Source of the DNA: Candidatus Latescibacterota bacterium
GTDB taxonomy: Bacteria; Latescibacterota; UBA2968; UBA8231
Length of the DNA: 64,000 nt
NCBI GenBank assembly: GCA_965248355.1
Contig: OZ252098.1
Span: forward strand, 3,936,001 to 4,000,000
Direction: 5' to 3'
Every line of letters starts with the position of its first letter. The first letter of the stretch is position 1. The position numbers and the translations under genes were made by a program. The notes under the pieces were generated by a model. It worked only from the letters and a program-made list of their open reading frames with translations, searched no databases and was not told the DNA's origin. This document shows positions 57,944-64,000 of this stretch, one piece after another.

Positions 57944-59413
57944 GTGTCCCAGCTCTGGGTCACCCTGCTGCTGGCCGTCTCCGACTTCCTGGCCATCAAC
58001 CTGGGGACGACGGCGCTGCTGTGGATGAAGCACGCCGGCGGCACCCTCTCCTCGGTGGAGCGCGCCTGGAGGGAGCTGCATCCCCAGGCCCCTCCCGAGG
58101 CCCCCTTCTCCTTCGCCCTCGAGTTCTACCTCCACGACGCCATGCCCCTGATCTGCCTGGGCTGGCTGGTGCTGTTCGTGTTCAACGGCCTCTACCGCCT
58201 GGGACCGACGACCTCCCGCTTCGACGAGGCGGTGCGCGTCTTCCGCGTCGTCACCATCGGCGTGCTGCTGCTCTTCATCATCACCTTCGACCTGCGGGGC
58301 GGATTCTCCTTCACCCGCGCCCTGGTGGTCTCCTACTGGCTCGTGCTGATCGTCCTGGTGGCGGGCGGACGGATCGCCCTGCGCAGCCTGCACCTGCGCC
58401 TGCTGGCCGGCGGCATCGGCCGCAGCAACGCCGTGATCGTCGGCACCGACGACCGCGGGCACCGGCTGCTGCAGGCCCTGGACGCCTCGCCGGCCCAGGG
58501 CTACGAGGTGGTCGGCTTCGTGCGCGCCCCCGGCGAGCCCGTGGTAGCCGAGGTGGGCGGGCTGCCCGTGCTCGGCGAGGTCGAGGACCTGGGGCGGATC
58601 GTCGGCCAGCGGGGCCTGAAGGCGGTCCTCATCGCGCTGCGCTCCAACAGCCACGAGGAGATCCTGCGCATCGTCGACGCCGCCGGCGGACCGGCCTCGC
58701 CCGTCTCCTTCGGGATCACCCCCGATCTCTACGACATCGTCACCGGCCACGTGCGCACCCACCAGATCTACGGCGTGCCGCTCATGGAGCTGCGCCCGCA
58801 GCTCATGGCGCCCTGGGAGAGCGCCGCCAAGCGGCTGCTGGACGTGGCCGCGGCGCTCCTCGTGCTCGGCGGGCTGGCCCCCCTGTGGGTCCTGGTGGCG
58901 GCGGCGATCAAGCTCGAATCGCCGGGCCCCGTCCTGTTCCGCCAGGAGCGCGTCGGCCGCAAGGGCCGGGTCTTCTCCATGTGCAAGTTCCGCTCCATGG
59001 TGGACGAGGCCGAGGAGAGCACCGGGCCCGTGTGGGTGAAGGAGGGGGACCCGAGGGTGACGAGGGTGGGCCGAATGCTGCGGGCCCTGCACCTGGACGA
59101 GGTCCCCCAGTGCCTCAACTTCCTGCGCGGGGACATGAGCCTGGTAGGCCCGCGGCCGGAACGGCCCTACTTCGTGGAGAAGTTCCGCGCCGGGATCCCC
59201 TTCTACATGCGCCGCTTCAACGTCAAGCCGGGGCTGCTGGGCTGGGCCCAGTCGAAGCACGAGTTCGACATGGACTCGACGGACCTGGTGCGCATCGCCG
59301 CGGAGCGCCTGGAGTACGACCTCTACTACATCGAGAACGCGTCGCTCATGCTGGACTTCAAGATCATGCTGCGGACCATCTGGTTCGTGCTGGCCGGCAA
59401 GAGCACGAGATAA
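57944..59413 (+). CDS. Undecaprenyl-phosphate sugar phosphotransferase (WcaJ-like priming transferase)
   Basis: KRLLD, KFRSM, DPRVT, LDEVPQ, GDMSLVGPRPE, DLYYIEN. Confidence 0.92.
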   Translation: MSQLWVTLLLAVSDFLAINLGTTALLWMKHAGGTLSSVERAWRELHPQAPPEAPFSFALEFYLHDAMPLICLGWLVLFVFNGLYRLGPTTSRFDEAVRVFRVVTIGVLLLFIITFDLRGGFSFTRALVVSYWLVLIVLVAGGRIALRSLHLRLLAGGIGRSNAVIVGTDDRGHRLLQALDASPAQGYEVVGFVRAPGEPVVAEVGGLPVLGEVEDLGRIVGQRGLKAVLIALRSNSHEEILRIVDAAGGPASPVSFGITPDLYDIVTGHVRTHQIYGVPLMELRPQLMAPWESAAKRLLDVAAALLVLGGLAPLWVLVAAAIKLESPGPVLFRQERVGRKGRVFSMCKFRSMVDEAEESTGPVWVKEGDPRVTRVGRMLRALHLDEVPQCLNFLRGDMSLVGPRPERPYFVEKFRAGIPFYMRRFNVKPGLLGWAQSKHEFDMDSTDLVRIAAERLEYDLYYIENASLMLDFKIMLRTIWFVLAGKSTR

Positions 59414-59430
59414 CGACGGAAGGAAAGCCC

Positions 59431-60219
59431 ATGAACGACGACGAGAGGTACCTCTTCGATCTGAACGGCTACCTGGTCCTGCGGCAGGTCCTCGACGCCG
59501 GCGAGGTGGCGGAGCTGAACGCGGCCATCGATCACCACGGCGCCGACCTGCGCGAGTACGAGCGCTCCCTCGCCGGGGGCTCGGCGGCCCTGAGCGGCAC
59601 CTCTCACCGCAAGGACCTGGGGGGCATGCTGGCCTGGGAGCGGCCCTGGTGCGAGCCCTTCCGGCGGCTCCTCATGCACCCCGGCGTCAAGCCCTGCCTG
59701 GAGGCCGTCCTCGGCGCGGGCTACCGCCTCGACCACGGGCCCGGCCTGATCGCCATGGACGCCGGGTGCGAAGGCGGGACCCTGCACGGCGGCGGCGTCG
59801 AGCGCGCCGACATGTCGGAGGCCTACTTCTTCAAGGCCGACCGCATCTACACCGGCCTCACCGTGGTCGAGTACCTGCTCGCCGACGAGGGCCCGGGCGA
59901 CGGCGGCGTCGCCGTGGTGCCCGGAAGCCACAAGGCCAACCTGCCCTGCCCGGGGAGCATGAAGGCCTGGGAGCGCTACCAGGAGCACGTCCTGGAGCTC
60001 AACGGCAAGGCCGGCGACGCGGTCATCTTCACCGAGACCCTGACCCACGGCACCCTGCCGTGGACGGCGGCCCACGAGCGCCGCGCCCTGCTCTACAAGT
60101 TCAGCCCGGCCTGCCTGGCCTACAGCGCCGGCGTCCACGGGGCGGAGTACCCCGACTACGTGGCCGACATGTCCGAGGAGGAGCGGGCGGTGATGGAGGC
60201 GCCCCACATCCGGCGGTAG
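59431..60219 (+). CDS. PhyH-family Fe(II)/2OG oxygenase, close paralog of 8729-9610
   Basis: YLFDLNGYL, RLDHGPGLIAMD, EYLLADEGPGDGG, GSHKAN, THGTLPW. Confidence 0.88.
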   Translation: MNDDERYLFDLNGYLVLRQVLDAGEVAELNAAIDHHGADLREYERSLAGGSAALSGTSHRKDLGGMLAWERPWCEPFRRLLMHPGVKPCLEAVLGAGYRLDHGPGLIAMDAGCEGGTLHGGGVERADMSEAYFFKADRIYTGLTVVEYLLADEGPGDGGVAVVPGSHKANLPCPGSMKAWERYQEHVLELNGKAGDAVIFTETLTHGTLPWTAAHERRALLYKFSPACLAYSAGVHGAEYPDYVADMSEEERAVMEAPHIRR

Positions 60220-60225
60220 TCTGTC

Positions 60226-61881
60226 TCAGCCGTCCGCCTCCGGGACCTGCACCCGGGCCTCGAGCACCCTTCCCCGGAACCGCCCGGCGCCGTCCTGGAT
60301 GCGGCCCACCGTCACCGGCAGGTCCGTCCTCACCAGGCGGCCCCGGCCCCGTCTCTCGGCCAGCAGTACCCGGTCCGCGAACAGCCGTACCGCCTCCCCG
60401 TCGTAGGTCCCCACCAGGTGATGCTCTCCCGCCGGCAGCGGCCGGGGCGCCCAGGCGCGCAGACAGCCCCGGTCGGTGTTGACCAGGAAGCTGGGCCCCG
60501 GCGCGCCGGCGTTCAGCCCGCCGTTGTGGCCGTGGTCGCACCAGCGCAGGCTGAAGGCGCCGCTGTCGCCGAGGGTGTCGCAGCGCAGCACGATGCCGTG
60601 GGTGACGAACTCCTCCGGGCGGCCGGGGCGCCGGCCCTGCTGCCAGGGCGCGGCGTAGAAGAACCGGCCGTCGAAGGCGCCGCCGTTGTAGCCGGCGCTG
60701 CGCAGGCCGTCGGTGGCCGAGGCGTCGCGGGACTTCCAGCTCGACGGGTCCTCGAAGGGGCGGGTCACGTCGTAGCGCAGGTAGAAGGAGTGGAACAGGT
60801 TGTCCCGCTTTCCGGGTCCCACGTGCCGGAAGAAGGGCTGGAAGTAGACGAAGCGTCCGTCGAAGAAGCCGCCGTCGAACCCGGTGGTGCGCAGGCCCCC
60901 GGTGGGGTCGGCGTCGTGCGCCGACCAGGCGGCCGGATCGTCGAAACCGCCGCGGGTGTCGTAGCGCACGATGCGCCCGTGGCCGTAGGCGCAGTAATAG
61001 AGGAAGGTGCCGTCGAAGACGGCCCCCACCGCCATCCGGAAGCCGAGGGGGCGGGCGTCGAAGGCCTCCCATGAAGCCGGATCCTCGAAGGGCCTGGTGG
61101 TGTCGCAGCGCACGGCGAGGCCGCTGTCCAGGGGCACGAAGTAGGCGTAGCGCCCGTCGAAGGCGCCGCCGTCGAAGCAGGCCGCCCGCGGACCCAGGAA
61201 GGCCGTGATATCGACGCTGGCATAGCTGGACCGGCAGCGGAACTCCCCCTGCGTGTCGAAGCGCAGGACCCGGCCGCAGGGCTCGTCCTCCTTGCGCGGG
61301 TCCCCCGAGAACCCGGGGCAGAAGTAGATGTACCTCCCGTCGAAGGCGGCGCTCTGCTGCGAGTGGGCCTCGCCCATGTCGAAGGCCGACCAGCTGGCCC
61401 CGTCCTCGAAGGCGCCGGCCGTGTCGTAGCGCAGCAGGTGGCTGTGGTAGCGGCTCATGTCGATCTGCCGGGGCACGAAGTAGACGCAGCGTCCGTCGAA
61501 GACACCGCCGTAGTAGCCGCGGGTCTCCAACCCGTCCGTGCTGCCGGCGTCGAAAACCTGGTAGCTGGCGGGGTCGCGGAAGTCGCCTTGCGTGTCCAGC
61601 CGCAGCACCACGCCGTGGGTGGGATGCCCGGGCTCGCCGTGCTGCTCGGGCACGAAGTAGACGTAGCGGCCGTCGCACACGGCGCCGAAGTAGCCGCGGC
61701 TGGGCAGCCCCCCGGTGCCGGCGGCGTCGAAGGCGGCGAACCCGGGCCATTCGTCGGGGGGCCGCCACTGCGAGACCAGGGCCTGCAGGGCCTCTCCGCG
61801 GCCGTCGTCGGCCACCACCCGGGCGCTCACGGTCAGCGCCGTCCCGGGAGGGCCGGCCACGACCTGGGCGCCGTCGCTCAC
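60226..61881 (-). CDS. Seven-repeat (FDGRYxYFxP) probable beta-propeller with LamG-like C-terminus
   Basis: Seven G.xFDGR.xYF.P...LRYDT...F.D..SW repeats; HHLVGTYDG..VRLF.D, F.G.V; GTG overlaps the upstream stop. Confidence 0.7.
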   Translation of the reverse strand: MSDGAQVVAGPPGTALTVSARVVADDGRGEALQALVSQWRPPDEWPGFAAFDAAGTGGLPSRGYFGAVCDGRYVYFVPEQHGEPGHPTHGVVLRLDTQGDFRDPASYQVFDAGSTDGLETRGYYGGVFDGRCVYFVPRQIDMSRYHSHLLRYDTAGAFEDGASWSAFDMGEAHSQQSAAFDGRYIYFCPGFSGDPRKEDEPCGRVLRFDTQGEFRCRSSYASVDITAFLGPRAACFDGGAFDGRYAYFVPLDSGLAVRCDTTRPFEDPASWEAFDARPLGFRMAVGAVFDGTFLYYCAYGHGRIVRYDTRGGFDDPAAWSAHDADPTGGLRTTGFDGGFFDGRFVYFQPFFRHVGPGKRDNLFHSFYLRYDVTRPFEDPSSWKSRDASATDGLRSAGYNGGAFDGRFFYAAPWQQGRRPGRPEEFVTHGIVLRCDTLGDSGAFSLRWCDHGHNGGLNAGAPGPSFLVNTDRGCLRAWAPRPLPAGEHHLVGTYDGEAVRLFADRVLLAERRGRGRLVRTDLPVTVGRIQDGAGRFRGRVLEARVQVPEADG

Positions 61882-64000
61882 GAGCGCAGGACCTCCATGA
61901 GGGACATGTGGGGCCGCCCGTACTCCTCGAGGCCGGCGTAGCGCACGCGGCAGTCGGGGAAGGCCTGGCGGGCGGCGGCCTCGAAGAGCCGGCCGTTGAA
62001 CCAGTCCACGGCGGAGCCGTCGAACTTGGCGGGCCCCTTGAAGCCCGTGCGGTAGAGCTTGCGGCCCCTGCGGCTCCTGCCTTGGGGGACCTCGTGGTAG
62101 TCGGCGATGACGCGCACGATGAGGTCGATGAGCTCGAGGGCCCCCCGCGGGTGCAGGAGGTCGATGAGCAGCAGGCAGCCCTCGATCGACCGGTTGGACA
62201 GGTGCATCCACACGTTGCGCGGGTACTCGGCCAGCACCTCCCGCAGGATCGCCGCCGGGTCCAGGCGGAAGCCGGCGAGGCGGGCGGAGTCGAGGAAGGA
62301 GAACCGGCCCAGGTCGGGGATGCGCAGGTAGCGCTCTTCGATCTTCAGGCCCGTGCCGCGGTCTTCCGGGTTGCCGTAGAGGTCCTGCCAGAAGTGGTAG
62401 AACCGGAAGTCCCCCTCCTCTTCGCCGAGGCGGGCGCGGAAGCGCCCGCGGTAGCGGTCGAGGAAAGCGGAGACGCCGGACCTGGAGATGGCCCCGAGGT
62501 CGTCCCGCAGCCGGGTTTCGCCGAGCCCGTAGCGCGCCGCCAGATCGGCGACCTGCCCGCCGGGCAGGTAGAGGCGGGTCTCGATGGCGAAACACTCCCC
62601 GTCGATCTGGGCGAGCTTGTCGTTGGGCAGGTTGTCGACGACGGAGGTCATGTGCACGCGCAGGATCCGGCCGCGGTAGCGTTCCAGCTCCGCCGTGGGC
62701 GCCTGCAGGTTGGCCTGCACGTAGTCGAGGCGGAACCCCCGGCGCTCGTCGCCCAGCTCGCGCCGCGCCGCCTCCAGCGCCGCCGGCGCGGCGTCGGCCA
62801 GCACGTAGCAGACCGGCCCCAGCTCGAGGCGGTCGGCGTGGGCGAAGCGGGTCACGGTGTCGATGAACTCCCGCGCGTAGTCGACGCTGGAGACGCCGAT
62901 CTCCACGTAGGCCAGCTCGGTGGCGGGGTCCTCGCCGCGCGCCTCGACGACCTGCCCCAGGAACCGGCGGGCGTTGGCGCGCACCAGCTCGACGTCGGAG
63001 TCCGGCGAGCCGCTGATGCTGTCCCGGTAGTCGCGGCCGTGGGTGCCCACGTAGGCGCGCATGTGCCGCCAGAAGGCGTCGTTGAACTGCCACACCGGGC
63101 TGCGGCTGTAGGGGACCCAGTCGCCGATGACGGCGCCGCCGGCGCTCTCCGTGGAGCCGCCCTCACGGCGGCGCAGGGCGGCGCGCACCGCCTCTTCGAG
63201 GGCCGGTCCCGTGTCGAGCTGGCGCACGTCGAGGGCCAGCTCCCACGTCTTCTCGGCATCCCCCCCGGGGCCGACGAAGGGCCGGTAGGCTATGGGCACG
63301 CGGAAGTGCTGGGCGTAGGTGATGCGGTTCCAGTAGGTGCGGAAGGCGGACGCCCCGGCCTCGGTCTCGACGACGCGCTCGAGGCTGCGCAGGGCGCCGC
63401 GGAAGGAGCGCACGTAACCGTCGTCGCGCAGGCCGGGCTCGTGGACCACGGAGACCCCCCGCGCCTCCAGGTCGGCGCTCAGCCGGTCCACGTCGGACCG
63501 GGCCCGCTCGCTCGGCGCCAGGCCGGCCGCCGACAGCACCGGCAGCAGGTCGGCGGTGCCGCTGATCGGCATCAGGTGGATGCCGGCCGCTCCGGGAAGC
63601 TCGCGGATGCGCCGGATCAGGCCGGCGGACCAGCCGCGCCTGAAGGCCGTGAATCCCTCCTCGTCGAGGTCGCGCTCGGCCGTTCGGTAGTCGCGCAGCA
63701 GGGCCCGGGCCTCCGCGGATCCCGTGCCGCAGCCGACGAGGAAGAACCAGAACCGGAGCATCCCCGCCGAGCCGGCCACGGGAACGCCCACGACCAGGGG
63801 CGTCCCCGTGAGGCCGCGCTTGTGGGCGAGTTCCCACCAGGCCTCGTAGCGCTCCCACAGCAGCGGCGGCTGCAGCAGGACCGCCTGGGCGCCGGCGTCG
63901 ATCTTGCGGGCCAGCCGGTCGACGCGCGCCTCGACCCGGCCCACGAGGGGGTTCTCCACCGCCCACACCGGAAGCCCCTCCGGCAGTTGCCCGGACTCGC
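61878..64000 (-). CDS. MetF/MTHFR-like domain fused to a SAM-dependent methyltransferase-like domain (5' end outside the window)
   Basis: KIDAGA..VLLQP, PLVVGVP, GIHLMP; then SPVWQFN..FW, YVEIG, YVLAD, VVDNLP.D. Confidence 0.6.
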   Translation of the reverse strand, partial: ESGQLPEGLPVWAVENPLVGRVEARVDRLARKIDAGAQAVLLQPPLLWERYEAWWELAHKRGLTGTPLVVGVPVAGSAGMLRFWFFLVGCGTGSAEARALLRDYRTAERDLDEEGFTAFRRGWSAGLIRRIRELPGAAGIHLMPISGTADLLPVLSAAGLAPSERARSDVDRLSADLEARGVSVVHEPGLRDDGYVRSFRGALRSLERVVETEAGASAFRTYWNRITYAQHFRVPIAYRPFVGPGGDAEKTWELALDVRQLDTGPALEEAVRAALRRREGGSTESAGGAVIGDWVPYSRSPVWQFNDAFWRHMRAYVGTHGRDYRDSISGSPDSDVELVRANARRFLGQVVEARGEDPATELAYVEIGVSSVDYAREFIDTVTRFAHADRLELGPVCYVLADAAPAALEAARRELGDERRGFRLDYVQANLQAPTAELERYRGRILRVHMTSVVDNLPNDKLAQIDGECFAIETRLYLPGGQVADLAARYGLGETRLRDDLGAISRSGVSAFLDRYRGRFRARLGEEEGDFRFYHFWQDLYGNPEDRGTGLKIEERYLRIPDLGRFSFLDSARLAGFRLDPAAILREVLAEYPRNVWMHLSNRSIEGCLLLIDLLHPRGALELIDLIVRVIADYHEVPQGRSRRGRKLYRTGFKGPAKFDGSAVDWFNGRLFEAAARQAFPDCRVRYAGLEEYGRPHMSLMEVLRS

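Noticed and set aside
60226..63093. 955-aa ORF as a single gene
   Set aside because: The upstream part overlaps the methyltransferase fusion in another frame; the probable start is GTG 61881

Overview
High-GC bacterial chromosomal window with no rRNA, tRNA or CRISPR array visible. 1-30 kb is an accessory/metabolic region: two ECF sigma factors, three PhyH-family Fe/2OG oxygenases, cysS, HicAB remnants, an ankyrin protein, two enolase-superfamily enzymes, an ATPase+PIN pair and an internally deleted ilvD. It also holds a secreted tandem-domain gene split by IS256 and seven co-oriented copies (full or deleted) of a ~330-bp hairpin-forming dispersed repeat. 30.0-54.2 kb is a minus-strand BREX type-1-like island (brxA-brxB-brxC-pglX-pglZ-brxL) with two accessory slots. 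Between brxC and pglX lie a deleted ADP-ribosylglycohydrolase, an ABC-type ATPase and a DUF2442-like gene. Between pglX and pglZ lie two Schlafen/AlbA_2-HATPase_c_4 genes flanking a PHP+SMC-like ATPase, plus a KTSC gene. pglX is split by an IS1380 and KTSC by an ISKra4-like element; both reconstruct to intact frames. 54.4-64 kb holds polysaccharide genes, a fourth PhyH, a 7-repeat propeller-LamG protein and a MetF-like/methyltransferase fusion. All family calls come from motif recognition by eye; no database search was run.
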